DNA of 64,000 nucleotides from Azolla caroliniana (lineage: Eukaryota > Plantae > Polypodiophyta): assembly GCA_043228905.1 (NCBI GenBank), contig JBHGNT010000004.1, forward strand, positions 3,224,001 to 3,288,000, written 5' to 3'. A program made the translations under genes and the position numbers. The notes beneath the pieces were generated by a model. The model was not told the origin of the DNA. It searched no databases and saw only the letters and a list, made by a program, of their open reading frames with translations. How positions within the stretch are numbered: the stretch's first letter is position 1; each line of letters opens with the position of its first letter. This document shows positions 12,870 through 28,240 of this stretch, in pieces.

Positions 12870-15800
12870 ATGTCCATTAAGCCCTCCACATCGCTGGTCC
12901 CAACCCGATTTGTATGGCCTCACGGTGGCCTTCAGGTCTTCCTCTGTGGCTCATTCAACAGGTATTTTTCTTTCCATTCGTTTTCATTTTTTGTTTTTTA
13001 TCTTCTTCTTGCATTTTCTTCATTGCTTCTTTCATTTTACTTTGGATTTGGATTGTCTGCCAAACGTTTTCTTGTTTTTGTCTTCTCCTTGATTTAGTCT
13101 TTACGTTGGTCTGCAGAGACTGTTGTAAGCGATTTAAGTTTAAACAGGTGGCAAACATGTTTGAGAACTCATTATCTAAATGGGCTACTGTCAAAGTGGT
13201 ATTTTTAATAGTCTCTCTTGCTTTGGAACCCTTTGACCTAGATTTTGCAGATATTTTTGTGAGTAATTTAAGGTTAAACAGGGGAAGCTTATCAAGAACC
13301 TTGGAAAAGCATGTTTGAAACCCCATAACTTCAATGGCTGAATAATTGATTAAAGTTGTCCTTTTGATTTCTTTTCTTGATAATTGATTAGCTCTAGAGA
13401 ACTCCACTGTAATGAATTTGTGGATAGTAGATTGATGATGCGTAATGTTTCAAAACCATTTAACTTCTAAGAATGGTCGTTTCCTGGGTCTTTCAACTAT
13501 CATATATCTGTTTTTTTAGGCCTTTCTCGAGCATGCTTTTAACTCTCTCTATGATAGCAAATGCAACAATCTGAGTCATTGTCAATTCAACTGTCATCAC
13601 TGTTAATGATGAAACCTTGTGAGAAAGGAATAAACTGCCGGTATATTCAGTGGATCTCTAGATAATTCAGCTATAATGGATCTGTGAAATGTGATTGGTG
13701 CTGTTGGTACTACTTATTGTTTCATGACCATATAATGGATGGCCCATCCAACAAGGGCCAATATGAAAGCTCAAGAATATTCACCAAGGAGCATTTTTTC
13801 ATATTTAGAAAGGAACCTTTTGTTCATACAAAAGGTTGCAGCACGCCATACACCATTGCAGTTGATATTTTCTGTCGGCAATGGATACAAGTGATTTCAG
13901 CTCACATTCTTGGTCAATTTATGCATGGAATTTTGTCAGGCATGAACATTTTAAATGCATCTCAAGCCAGAAAATCTGCTTTGCTCTGAACTAGCCTATA
14001 CTTTTACCATTGTTAACTTGAACAAAGGATGCCGTAATAGGCTATTATGCCCCATAGTGAACGTGTTTTGGAAAAGAAATAAACAGTCTGGAATGATTTG
14101 GGTGGCACGGAAGCATGCTTGTACCTTCAAAGGATGAGGGAATGTGCACTATTGAATGTAGATATCTTTTTAATATCAACACGAGACTGATTGCGATCTA
14201 TGAGGCGGGGCCTAGCCCATGGCAAGGATTGAACTTGTTTGAAATAGAGCATATGGTGGCATGGTGTATAAACATGTTTCTCTTTGCTGGAAGATATTTG
14301 GAATAATTATGACACATTATGCTGGCAAATTGTATGGAAAGGTTCATATTTCTGCCTCTTGGTGGCATTAATCTTGTTATGCCGTGAACTGATTTCCAAC
14401 AGTGTTTTTGTTTCGGATTTTTTGATAGATTTTTCTTTCACCGTGGCTGTGTATTATTGTCATGAATATTGGAAAATTCTGGCTCACATATATATACTGA
14501 ACTGATTCTATGAATGTTCAAACTCCTATCTTTTTGTTACTTTTAAATCATTGCTAGTTGTGTCAACAATAAGGATTCCATTTACTTTCTTTGTTTTTAA
14601 ATCATCTAAAATAAAACATAACAACCGGGGTTTTAGAAATCAATTCATCTAATATGAACTGCATTATGGCTATGTTAACATGAACATATTAATGGATAAG
14701 TGCCTTAATTTACTTGTAAGTTTGGTTGGATAAATATTCTTGCAAACAGATCAGCAACATATTCTCTTATGATGCATTATCAAGCAGTTTAGGGTCGATG
14801 ATGTAGATGTCAATATTCTCAATTCAGCATTGTCGATAATAGTTTAGAGATACTAAGGTCTCCTTTGTGGTATCAACTCATCATATGCAAGAAATATTTA
14901 CCATATTTTAGAGCTGGAACAAATTTTTTTATTTCTGGATCACGCCAGCCACAGTAGATATTCTTGCAGCAGATGAATATTCTGCAGATGTTTCGCCTTC
15001 TCATCCTTTTGAATCCATACGAACACCTGAAGGCATCTTCTAAACGTTGAGATTTGTTGTCTGCTTGTATTTAATACAAAATTGGTAGCGTGCAGCTAGA
15101 AGTAATTTTCCACTGTTTCTTTGAGCTATGACTGACAATATGTAAATCACTATATGATAATTTGAAAGCTTTTATATATAAGTATTTTTCTTTGAAAAGT
15201 ATTACTAATTACATGCGAATATATGCACAAGTTTTTATAGTCCAATATATTCTAATTTCTTCTAAGAATTGCAAACCTTCTTATTTCACATACTAGAACT
15301 ACTCTGCATTGTTTGCATGCTGATGTCTCTGTTATGATTCCTATTTTTCTTCTTCCTCCTCAGATGGCAAGAAATGATACAGATGCTGCCTGTGGAAGGT
15401 TGTCCATCTGTTTTCCAAGCTGTCATTCCCCTTTCTCCAGATGGCTATCAGGTACAAAAACTTTACTGAGTATGTCTGGAAATTAACACTAAAAATCCCC
15501 TAAGATTATGCAAAGGATATATTTTTGGAATTAGTTCCCATTGACGTGAAGTAATCACGTTATTGATGATATTTCCTGTTGCAGAGTGCAAAACACCAGA
15601 GTATATGAACTAGTCATAGCTTGTCACAGCAATGTAGAAACCTATCATCATTTATTATTTGCATACTTTTTGTATCATTTCGGGAATGGTGACTATGGCC
15701 TTTTTGTACTGTTATTCTGTTCTGTGTGACTGTTTCTTTCTTGGATTTCCTTCATAATCTACATTTTAGTTTCCTTTATCCTCTGTTGCATTGCTACACC

Positions 15801-18800
15801 ATTGGCAATGCCATGAAATAATTGTTAATATTATGGGTGAAACCAACACTTTTTCTATCCAGCCTTACAGAAGAAGATGTGTCTATTTGATATGCAGTTT
15901 AAATTCGTTGTGGACGGTGAATGGAGAAATGATGAACAACAACCTATCATGACAGATCCTGCTGGACTTTGCAGCAATTTTGTGGTTGTAAGGGATGCAG
16001 ATAGTGGATCAGCTTCACGCGGTGTAGGGCGGGGGAATATGGATGTCGAGGATGGTGATGTGCATGTAGGAAGGGTTACCTATTCGGTATCATTTGCTAG
16101 TGATGTATCATGAGCAATCTATTGGGTATATTTCATGAAAACTCGTGTTTCTAGGTCTCTGCGGCAGGGTTCTTACAACCTCAGGAAGCGCCTGTGGAAG
16201 GTATGAAGAATATCTCAGTAGGAGATGTTGATGCATCACGCCATCTTATTGATAACTTCTTGAGCATCCATACAGCATATGAGATACTGCCAGATTCAGG
16301 GAAGGTAATTTGAGCTTCTGCATCTGCACAATGTGTTGCACTAAGTAATATTTTAGGAATAATATTTGAAGATCAGCCTCACATAGCCATATAACTAGTG
16401 CTTTAATTAACATGGAGACATGTGCTATGGACAGGTGGTGGCACTTGACATTTCTTTGCCAATTAAGCAGGCCTTTCATGTGCTATATGAGCAGGTTCCC
16501 TGACTCCTGGATTATAATACTGCTTCTCTAATATAGTAAAAAATATGAATGGTTAGAAATAGCTTATTGTCTCACAATGTTTTTTTAAAACACAGGGAAT
16601 TCCAGTGGCCCCCTTGTGGGATTCTGACCAGAAACAGTTTGTGGGAATGTTGACGGCATCTGATTTCATAGAAATCTTGATGCAGGTAATATTGTGCTCA
16701 TGTTCTCGCTATCATGCATTGTATGTACATGTATGTGAATGAAAATCTTATACCATTGGCTTCTCTTCTCTCTATTTTTCTCTGTCACTATGTTCAAGTG
16801 CTGGTTCATGTTTGAAGCTTTTTGGGGTTATCCAAACACAAAAAAACAAACCAGGCAGATCTCTCACAATCAGAAATCCTGGTGTCAATTTTTATGCACC
16901 CACATCATAATTCCATCAAAATACCAGATAGTTATGATGATCACAAAGCAACAAAGAAACTCTTCATGCACTGCTATGGAACTTTGCTTTAACTTTTACT
17001 GTTTAATTGAACTATTACAGATGTTTTTTGTCTTGCCCTTTGCTGCAACTCATAATCCAATGATTTCATGCTATTTTCTTATTTGATTGTTTCTCTGGTC
17101 TATTCATGTTATGCTCATATGACCCAACAATTTTTATGTCCTGCATTGCATCATTCCAGATACAGCTATTTTGTTTTCTTATATGAGTAGTTGTTCTCTA
17201 CTGATGTCCAATCTTATTAATCTTTGCCATGTCAAAGTTAATAAAAATTTGACGACTTGGAGACTAGAGGGTATAACCTTCTATTTTTTTTCGTATGTTG
17301 ATGTTCATTGAATAGTGAACACATATGACTTTGCATCAGGAAGACATTAACATAACCTTCCCCCTGCCCCCAAATTGAATATTTAGATTCAGTTCCATCC
17401 ACAGCTTGAGTGTAGCTTGGTGTCAACCTTCAATTGATCCAGTGTTTGTGGCTTTTGCAGATTTTCCTCAATCTTTTATTAGATGTATTTATTTTTGTTC
17501 ATAGCTCTTTTTGAAACTGATTTAAGTTCCTATGAGGTGTCAACATTCTTGTGGCATTCAACAGTTTTTGCCGATAAAAGTTGCATTCCTTGTTCTGGAT
17601 TCTGCCCGTATTTTAATTTTTCAAATCTGAATTGCCTTATACTAAAAGACAAATTGTTGATAATTTCTTTCTTTATTCAGAAAATTTATTTATTTTGTAT
17701 AGCTTAATGTAATGGCAGACTTTAAAGTCTTAAGTTCTTGGTTTCTTCCTGTAGATTGGGAGCCAGCGGGCAATTTTATCTGAGGAAGAATTGGAAACAC
17801 ACACTATAGCTGCATGGAAAGATGGAAAAGTTAGGTTTGGAGAGAACATGCTTAGAAGACGCAATCTTCATTATGTGAGAATCTACCTTGTCTTCTTTAC
17901 CTATACTAGTTTCATTACATGGAAATAATTAGGGGTGCACCTGGTAAGTTAATATGCACGAGTGTGCGCACACATGTGCACGTGTATATATGTATGAGCT
18001 TCATCTTTACCTAAAACAATTAATATTTATAAAAATTTCGTGAGTATCCTATTTATTGCAGAAGCATATATGTGTGCAAATAGTAGGATACACTGTTCTT
18101 GGACGCATGCAGGACAGATTTTCTAGTGAACCAGATATGTCATTTGATACTGCCGAGGGGCATTAGATAACTAAAGTGCCTATTGCCTTGAAGGATAAGT
18201 GAATATCTTGCACTGGTTTTATGATGATAACATTGCCTAAGGTAACGTGAGAAGTGTGCCAATGGAAAAAACATCATTTATGCTACATAACGGTTGTTAT
18301 TCTGTAGCAAATGAAATTGAGTTTCCAGAACAGTATCCTGCAATGATGATGTACTTGGGATAGTCTGCTGGTCAGATAATGTGACTTTAAGATAGGGAAT
18401 GTTGTGCTGACTTATTTTTTTATATATTTGTTTGCATTTGTTATTTTGCTCATAGGAGGAGATATCCTGGTTGGTCATTAATTGTTTTGTACGCACTTTA
18501 TGAACAATACTGATTATGAAAATTCTGGATGAATTTTGAACAATTTCATGAATAGTCTTTTAATGCTGACGCGTGTTCGGGTTGTAATACTTAGGTTGGT
18601 CCAGATGACTCCTTAAAAGAGGTGGCACAAAAATTGCTGCACAATCAGGTCACTGCTGTACCTGTTCTGTATTTTCCAGCCCATGAGCAGACATTACCAC
18701 AACTTTTGCATTTAGCCACACTCTCAAGTGTCCTAAAATGTAAGTTGGTTATACATGTCTGGTTATTTGGATGGCATATATACATCTAGTATTTGTTCAC

Positions 18801-20885
18801 ATAGAAGATTACATTTTGACACCTCATGAAGGTAAAGGGCTCATAATGAATTGATAGTTTATGCAGGTTTATGCAGACATTTTCGGCATTCTCTTGGCTC
18901 ATTGCCACTTCTTAATCAGCCGATAGGTTCTTTGCCATTAGGAACATGGAGGGGAGACAGGCCTGACCACCAACTTGTGATGCTCAAGGCAAATGCCCCG
19001 TTAAGTACTGCATTGGAATTACTCAATCAAGGTGTCAAGCATTCTCCTCAAATAATCTTATTCATTTCATAACTTCCTGTCTATTGTCAATTTATATCAT
19101 GGTTGCTGGCATATTGTCCCTCTTTAAGTGATCCCAAAAGTTTCAAATCTAACAGAAAAGTTTGAAAATAATACTCTTCATGTTGTCTTTCTTCATTAAA
19201 TCTTACCTTGACATGAGGATAAGATACAAGTTGATGATGAATAGCTTGCCATGTTTTCACGCACTTGCACTGTCAAGAAATCATCTAAAAATAGGGGACA
19301 GAGTTACTCACAAATGTGTCCATCATAACATTGAAAGCAGTTCCAAATATTTTGAATGTTATTGACTGTTAGCAATAAAAATTAATGGAACTTTGTGCTG
19401 TGCTATTGTTTTGCAGCGAGAATAAGCTCGATACCAATAATAGATGAAAATGGATCTTTACTCGACATCTATGCTAGAAGGTTTGCTCTAATTTTTGATG
19501 AATACTGATTGAATCTATTTGAGTGTAAGACGTTTTCCATATTAAAATGTGTATCACATATAGCATGTATTGTAATAGAGCAGAGAAACATATATTGGTT
19601 GTATTAAACACAAGACCCACATCACTGTTTTGCTTCAATTCAAGTAAAAAAGAACCTAAAAGCTGTAGTAATGTTTTAAGCGAAATGGATGTTTACAGCT
19701 AATCTTTATTAGACAGGCATATGATCATATAAATAGCATTGAAAGAAGGATTTAGTATGCACCTATATGTGAAGGTATTTGAAGGAATGCTTGCTTATGT
19801 AGCCTTTTTTCATATTCTTTCCAGTGATATCACAGCCCTTGCGAAGGACAGTACATATGCACATGTGCAGCTTCAACATCTAACAGTTGAACAAGTGAGA
19901 ACTCGTGTTGTATTAATATGATTCATCATCAGCAGTGAAGACTAATTCTTAAATTTCTTCTTGTTTCTGATGTCTTCCTTCTCACTTTGTGATCAGTATA
20001 AGAGCATATCTGGTTTCTATTTGGATTTAAGTTTGGAAAATAGAGGTATAATAATTGATGAACAGGCTAACCAGGTGGAATGACTCATTTAAGAATGGGA
20101 CAATACTCTCTCACTATAACTCAGTCATCTTTTAGAAAATAAAATGACATAGAAAGTCTATTTTCGATTTTTCAAATTCTACTTTATTATGTTCTCTTAT
20201 TCTACTCTGCTGCACCATATTATTGACTGGTGGTTTATAGCTTCATATTTTCTACAACTCTAGATTTCCTGTATATGTTATCTGCAGTTACCCAGCCATG
20301 TTAATACATCTGTAGATATTGCCCATTAAACATGAGCTTAAGATTAACGCGACTGAGCTTCTTTTAACATATTACTTGGATGTGTGTGTTTCAGGCCTTG
20401 CAATTGGTACACGATGGTAGAGCTTCTGTCGGGGCAGCTCCTGTTTTAAGATGCCAGATGTGTCTTCGCACCGATTCCTTACAAGCTGTATTGGAGCGTT
20501 TAACTGTACCTGGTAGGATTCTTTATATGCATTTGATTTTGTAACATGGGAACTTGGTTTCTTACTATGCTGTCTTACTATTGTAACCTAATTACGCAAA
20601 AATATAGCACAATGTATATATAACTTAATTTATTTGTTGTTAATTGCCCAATCAATTGACACCAATTGTATGAATTCACCATAGTTTGTACATGATGCAT
20701 TAGAGAAACGGAATTCACAGTTTGTACATGATGAATTCACTTTTATGTGAATACAATGCCTTGCATAGTTAAAAGTTGCATGTTCTCGTACAGGTGTTCG
20801 GAGAATTGTTTGCGTTGAAGCTGGGAGTCGCCGTGTTGAAGGCATTATTACATTGAGTGATGTCTTCAGATTTCTTGTTCATTAG
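12870..20885 (+). CDS. SNF4: SnRK1 beta-gamma regulatory subunit (CBM48/KIS domain plus CBS domains), 13 exons
   Basis: GT-AG exons 12870-12961, 15364-15451, 15898-16074, 16155-16304, 16435-16494, 16596-16685, 17755-17874, 18595-18739, 18867-19031, 19417-19480, 19825-19894, 20395-20512, 20794-20885; motifs [66 protein letters not shown]. Confidence 0.95.
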
Positions 20886-22277
20886 GATTTTTTGTACATG
20901 GATATATTCTTCCCTTCCTCAAAAAGTGATGTGCAGGATGCAATTTGGTTGGCCTTTCCAAGCATTTCACGTGTACTTCTTAGCCATTTTCATTATTGCC
21001 ATTTCAATATGCTTGGAAAATCTCTTGCATACAAGGGAGCAATGTGACATAAGAGAGGAGAGGAGAGTCTGCTCCTCGTTAAGCCAGGCGATTTAATGAC
21101 ATTCTTGGGATTGGGATATAAGTGACCTGAGTTGGACAATTTTGTGATGGGTGTAGTTTGATCTTGGAAATAAAGTGCAATTTTGTGCATTTCTATGGGG
21201 TTCATAAGATGAAGCAGACTAACTTCATTTGAATGTGAAGTTGCTATTATACAAGGAAACCAATGATATAGTTCTGCATCAACAAGAATACCAGGTTACC
21301 GCATCCCCCCCCCCCCCCCACCTCGAAGGCATAATAAATACTTCCAAAGGCAAATATTGTAATTGTCTTGTAGTGCAATATTCCATATATGCAGGTCATG
21401 CCATGTTTATGAAAGATACTGACTGTCAGTGATACAAAAAAGAAAGCATGTAAATTTGGTTTTCTTTCACGTTTGCTTAACTACTGATACTTTAGTATTT
21501 TTTTATGCTTTGATTGAATTGATGTTACTGATTGAATATAAGCTTGACTGTTAGTGCTTGAATATTACCAGTGTATATGTGGGTATTGCAGTTTCTTTTT
21601 CTATTCATTAGTACTTTTGCTATGCTGTTCATTTGGTATCGTAATTTGTTGTTACTCTTGAGGTGTGGTATGTCTATGATGGAGTCAGGAATTTTCTTAC
21701 AAATTTAAGATTAAGAATATGCATTATGACTGGTTATGTACTAGTGGCTTAAATTTTGATATGTTCGAGATAATTAATGGCTTTTGACGATTTATTCTGT
21801 GGGCTTAGTTTTACTAATGACTTCTAACATGATTGGTTACTATATGGAGGATGAGGCAAATATTTGCTGCTTGTTACATATTATTGCCTTAATTATTGAT
21901 ACGTTTTGAGGTAATTAATAGATTTGATGACTTATTATTCTGTGCCCTTAGTTAATTAATGATGATCGCTTGGTAAATTGGATTTTTTCGTGGTAATAGT
22001 TGCCAGATGTTCTCTGGGCTTTGTCTAGTTTCTAACATAACAGGATTAAAATGGATACTAACAAAATGAAGAAATATAGGTTTCTAACAATAGGATCTTG
22101 TGCCAAAAAACAAAATGAAGAAATATATGAGATACTTAATAGGCGATTAAATATTTTCCTCCAACCAAACTACATGAGAAAGGTTACAAAACTATTACTC
22201 TATTGATTATAACTTCAGCTGACAAAGAAGAATTGTACTTGTGAAGGGCACAGACTTTTGTTTTGTCTAAATGTTCA

Positions 22278-25200
22278 TTATGAAAACTTGTGCTCAGGCA
22301 AAACATCACAAAACAGCTGTTTGGACACTCTCCACAATTTAGCACAAACTTGGCGGTCATATGATAGAGCTGAAGATGCAATTGTCTCACCATGACCTCC
22401 AAAAAAGTATTTCCCTGAGAACTCCTACAAACAAGAATGAAATAAGTACTTCAATTAATTGAATAATTAGAAACATTGTATATGTGAAACAATGGACTAT
22501 CCTGTTTTCATGACAATTGACTATACCCATGACTTTTCCCATATTCATATTCCATGATATGATTCCATGTTGGTAATGAAAACGTGTTGGAGGCTGAAGC
22601 ATGGCTACGAGTAAATATTAATAGTACAAGAGCCAATGCTATCTAGGAGTAACCTGGAATAGTGAAAATATCCACTTCTTACTGCCCATTAAATTGTTTG
22701 GAGAAAATATCCAATACACCCCACCCCCTACTTAAACATAAAAGTAGTTTGCATATATCTATGTTCTTTTGTACTAGAATTCTATACAATTCACAGAAAG
22801 TGCATGCCAACATAGTAGGCCTACAAGCTCAAGACATGATTCATGGATCTACTAGTCCATGAGAATTTACAAATAACATATTTTTTGTTTTCCTTTAAAT
22901 TTTGAGGTTTTTTACTTTTAGAATATCAATACAGCGCTTGCAAACTATTTTGATAGCACAGGTAGAAATTTACTTACAGGAGAAGACAATGCGGCATCAA
23001 CCACAGCTTTACACCCACTTGACGGTGATTTCATAAGAAATGAGAGCCTCAAAACAATGGTGATGCAGATTGAAAGCCAAGCTGGAAGCTCCCTTAGAAT
23101 CCGTGTATCCACAATGCCTGGATCAGCTGCCCTGATAAGGAAACAGTATAATTACTGAATATGTGCAAATTTTCTCTATTCTTAGGCACATGTCCCTGCA
23201 CTTGTGTATGTACACGTGATGTCCCTGTACTTGTGTATATATTATATGAAATAAGTGGTGATTTGGTTTAAGCGAAAATTAAACCATTAAACTATGGTTT
23301 AATGGTGATAGTTTGGTTTGAAGTTCTGAAAATGGGAAAAACATTTGGCTTGGATTGGGGATTAACAATAGCTCAGTTTACAGATGATCAGTTTGAAATG
23401 ACATGCTTAAACAGCTTAAACGGTCTTATATATTAATAAAAATTCATAAACCCTAACAAATCCCTTGTAAGTTATCTCACCATATGTGGAGGCCTGAAAG
23501 AAGTGAAATCTATGTGCAAGTTTGCATGGTTTATTGTTTAAATCGTTTGGCTTTAAATGGTTTGAGGTTGAGGATCTCTAAAACTGTTCAGTTTAAAGGT
23601 TCAACTTTGAGGATCTCTAAAATGGTTTGAAGGTTTGCTTTAGGTTTCAAAATTTTTAAACACGTAAACAGTTCAAGTTTGACACTCAGAAACTGTTCTA
23701 GCCAACGTGATGAGTCACATATTAAAGGCAAAATTCAAAAGATAAAAGTTGAATCGATCTGTTGAAATAGCTATATGCACTCATTTCATTGGAGCTAGAA
23801 AGTTCTAACCTATCAATATAAACTAATTCTTGAAACTAACAATAAAACACAATCATTGCGGAAGTATGACCTAAATCAGTTTCTGTACTGACAAAATTCA
23901 CAAGCCGAGTTTTTTACAAGCTCTTCTTACTTACATAGCTGTAACCCTTGATTTGGATGGTACTCCACTCATTCTGTGGTGGAGCTCGTAAGTAAACAAA
24001 ATCATGAACACTGCTTTGGTTTTAAAATCAGATTTAAGAAAATACGCAATTTGAACAAAGAATACAATATTATGTTCATACATTTTGATGTTTCATAAGT
24101 TCGAGCAATCTGATAAACTTGAGCAACATTACAGGAACTTGGAGGCCTCTGCAGTTGTATATTCTGAAGAAGATCAAGGGCTCCCTCGAAGCCAGTAACT
24201 ATAGGCCATTGATTAGAATAAATAAAAAACCATTATTTAGACATTATTATACAGGTTGAATGAAGATAAAAGCTCCATACCACAATAGTGTGTGAAGGAA
24301 CCCACATTCACTATACGAGCTGGTGGTATACTCTTTTGCATGATAGGCAGCAGCATCTGAGTGAGCATATAAGGTCCCAAATAATTTGTCATCATCATGC
24401 TGCAAAAAGTCAATACAAAAATACTTACGAAAATGTTATTTTGGCATTTTAAGTTTAGGCATCAGGTTAAGTAATTGCTAGGCTTTTTACAACGATGCTC
24501 TTAAATAGTAAATAGTGACATTGGGAAACCTCAAGACATGGTAAACATCCCAAGAGTAGTTAGAATAAGGTAAAGAAGAGTTTTCAGCATCCAACACAGT
24601 CATCAATATCTTGTGACACTGAAATTAAAAAGCACTAAAGATAGAAAAATCATTCCCCACATTGTGCACAAGAGCCCAATTGGAAAAGATTAGTAGTGGT
24701 CTAGTGCTGAATCCATGCAACTATATAACCACACAAGAAATTTGTTAAGGGCTACAGTAGAAACCATGACACCACTTCTAACAGCTGCCGGAGAGTCAGC
24801 TGTAAGTTAAATAGTTTAACTACCGCAATACTCTTACCAGGGGCGTTATGCCTTGGTGTAGATCTGCTGGTGGTGGATCATAAGTTATTATTTCAAGCCT
24901 TTTTTACTTGTTCAGGATTATTGCAATTGGGCCTTTCAAAATCTTCTCAAGAGTATCACGGTTGCCATCTCACTATTCTTGTGCTCTCCAATACTACAAA
25001 GATGAGTATTGTGCTAGGGCTCTTAAATGTCTGCATGCTGGGGAATCAACATGAATCAAAATAAGGATATAATTCATGAGACCACATACCATTCATATCC
25101 TTTTGATGTTTTTCTTTCAGTTGTAGCTAGTATGCCAGCATTGTTGATTAACAGCTGCAATGATAGTGTATTCTTTGATGCCTCCAGCAGTTTTTCAATG

Positions 25201-25540
25201 GATTGGGTGAAGTTTAAAATTGAAGGTACTGAAGTAAGGTCGAGCTCCATTGGCTTTAGTAAAGCCCCCAAATGTCGCATCTGAATTTCTTCAACCGCCT
25301 TCAAAAATAGTCACAAGAAAGAATGAACTCTCCATAATTCATTTCTTGTCGGCATGGCAGAAACTTTCTTTCATTTAAGTGAAATCATCACAGCTTGAAT
25401 GCCAAAAGAACGAGAAGAGAAAAGATAGAAGTTGCATTATAACTGATTTAGTAGAAGAAACATATGCGGACATAAGCACAGAGAAAAAAGACAAACCTTG
25501 CATAATCTTGACATTGATCGACCTGCTGCAATGTATAACC

Positions 25541-25585
<45 letters not shown>

Positions 25586-27620
25586 TCAAATGTTTGATCA
25601 ACAATTCATCCCTACTGATTGTAAGGGACTCTTTCTGAATTGCCATGATACCTAATTTTGATGGACCTCCCACACTAATGTATACACCACCAAAAAGAAT
25701 CATCTCTGAATCTCAATAAAGATGATAGTGAAGGGTAATGCATAAGAAACCACTAAGGAATAAGATATACACAAGCTGAAGGATCATTCGTCATTCTCAA
25801 TATGATGGATGTCAAGAGCCATACATGAGAAACCACTATGGGGGGTACATACCATCAAGTGATGTTCCCCAAAGTTAATTAGGGACATGCACACACACAA
25901 GAAAGCAACAATAATCTCCTAACGTCATGTAAACAAGTAGAGAGAGAAAGAAAGTTATATTAACATCTTCCAGAAATTTAGGTGATCTATGCACAAAGAG
26001 AAGCAAGAGTCATCTTCTAACATGTAGCCTCATAGAAGTGATCAAGCTATGCAGAAGGCACATATGTTGAGTAAACTATGTTTCAAAATCATGCATTCCT
26101 GTGCGCACATGGTCCAGCTTTTATTCAATACCAAAACTTTTTATACGCTAGAGAACAACACCTCATGAATTAAAATTCTAAAGTCAACAAAACACTGTTC
26201 AGAGAGGCCATATTTGCCACAGGCGCATAATCCATACATGGAAGACCACATCGTTTCTTTAGTAGTAAACATAGCAAGCATAAATATCTAGACCATACTC
26301 AACAGTAAATACCAAATTTAAATTAGTGTGCAAAATCCAAAAATCATCTCTCATGGTCATACTCATCTGGCTCACATGCATGTTATTACAAGATAAAAAA
26401 GAGCAAAAATCATAGTTAGCAGTAGTCTAACTACAAATTTTACAAGGTTATCTCATATATAAGACATGAAAAGTTTGCTATTCAAGATTAGCTCACCTAC
26501 CAATTACCACATAGTATCCTCTGATTGCAATGGCTTCTGCAGATGCTTTTCCTATCCCAGATGATGCCTTGCAAAACAGAAAATGACAATAAGCACGTTT
26601 TTTCTTAAATCCATGAGGAAAGTTTAATGATATGAATATTGGAAGCATTTCCAGATATAGACATAGGTGCAGATAAGCTATTCTACATTACATGCATAAA
26701 CTAAGATGCTGCTTAACTTTATAGAAAGGTAGATGCAACTTTTGTTGTAGATTACTAGGGTGCATCAATACTTGTCCCCTCTTTAGATATAAGGCATATA
26801 GCAACATACCATGCCTTAAGGTCAATGTTTGTGAATGACTCTCGTCCTGCTACATAGATCTCTCAAAACCAAGTGCAATGACAAAAGGGAGATTTTTAAA
26901 CCTCATACCTTGTCTCTTAGTGCAGCTCCTTTTGAGTATGATGCATCTTTACTTGCCGCACTAGTGACAGGTGCCAGTTTTAGTCAATCATGACGTTGTA
27001 CAGTACAATTAAGTTTACATCGTACAGTTAAGTTTCATGGAGTGTAACACGTATTGGAAGAAGGTTTTGTTACAAGTGATTGCAGAATGTTTCTCCTTTT
27101 TTCTTTACACTCTTGTCTCCATCCCTTGGGCTTGTCAATTCTATATATTTTCATTTAATCAAAATAGTTCTTATGGTTTGTCTCTCTGTCTTTCTCTCCA
27201 TGTGTGCATGTGTGTGTACATACATACATGAATATATATATAGATATAGATAGATAGATAGATAGATAGATATAGATAGATAGATAGATATAGATATAGA
27301 TATAGATATATGCATATACACAGATATAGAGATGTATGTTATGTGTTAATACATATAGTCATGTATGCATGTGTGCATCAGTAGAGGATTGATGGACTAC
27401 TCACCCCTGTGACTATGCACACAGCTTTGTTAGGATTAAATGCATCACCATCGCCATCACCCGAAGACTGCTGTGGAGCCCTGTTCCGGCAGGAGGAGGA
27501 GGAGGAGAACCTTGCACAGAACAGTTTGGCATAAGAGCGCAGGATAGCCAGCACCCACAACACGCTCATCCGCCACAAATTCGCAAAGTGCAACACATTC
27601 CGAATGCCCTCCACAGCCAT
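22278..27620 (-). CDS. Short-chain dehydrogenase/reductase (retinol-dehydrogenase-like SDR), 9 exons
   Basis: Exons 27620-27405, 26567-26501, 25525-25497, 25298-25090, 24399-24281, 24198-24082, 24010-23935, 23131-22978, 22424-22278; motifs VTGASSGIG, LLINNAG, TNYLGP, RIVNVGS, YETSK, AADPGIVDT, SGKYFFGG. Confidence 0.93.
23255..23705. mobile_element. Degenerate MITE in SDR intron, related to the 5876-6429 element
   Basis: Shared aaaccattaaa..atggttt left end, GGTTT repeats and cgtaaac...agaaactg right end; no clear TSD. Confidence 0.5.
25547..25583. repeat. (CT)n microsatellite in SDR intron
   Basis: Perfect dinucleotide run. Confidence 0.95.
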
Positions 27621-27813
27621 CTCTCTCTCCCAAACAAAAGCAGAACAATTCCTTTCCCTTCTAACTAAACAACACCAAAGAATCTGTCTGTCTGTATTGT
27701 CTCTATCTCTCTTGGACAAGAGCAGAGAAGGAATTCCATGACATCCCCGAAGGAAGTTAAAGAAAAAGAAACAAACAAACATCAAATGATTGCAGAGTAG
27801 CATTGGATTCATA

Positions 27814-28240
27814 GCCTGAAGCCATGGAAGGCCATCAAGACACCATAACTATGCATACATATAGACATGAGCATCCTACAAGTACATACATACATACATA
27901 CATGGAAGCCATCAAATGGAAGGCCTGAAGCCATGGAAGGCCATGAAGACACCATAACTATGCATACATATAGACATGAGCATCCTACAAGTACGTACAT
28001 ACATACATACATACATACATACATGGAAGCCATCAAATGGAAGGCCTGAAGCCATGGAAGGCCATCAAGACACCATAACTATACATGCATATAGACATGA
28101 GCACCCTACAAGTACATACATGCATACATACATGGAAGCCATCAAATGGAAGGCCCGAAGCCATGGAAGGCCATCAAGACACCATAACTATGTCTATATA
28201 CATATAGACATGAGCATCCTACAAGTTTACATGCATGCAT
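27814..28240. repeat. Tandem array, ~4 x 110-130 bp, upstream of the SDR gene
   Basis: Unit gcctgaagccatggaaggccatcaagacaccataactatgc...gagcatcctacaagt(acat)n. Confidence 0.95.

Noticed and set aside
12914-14505. Several 60-150 aa ORFs
   Set aside because: Lie within SNF4 intron 1; low-complexity and without motifs
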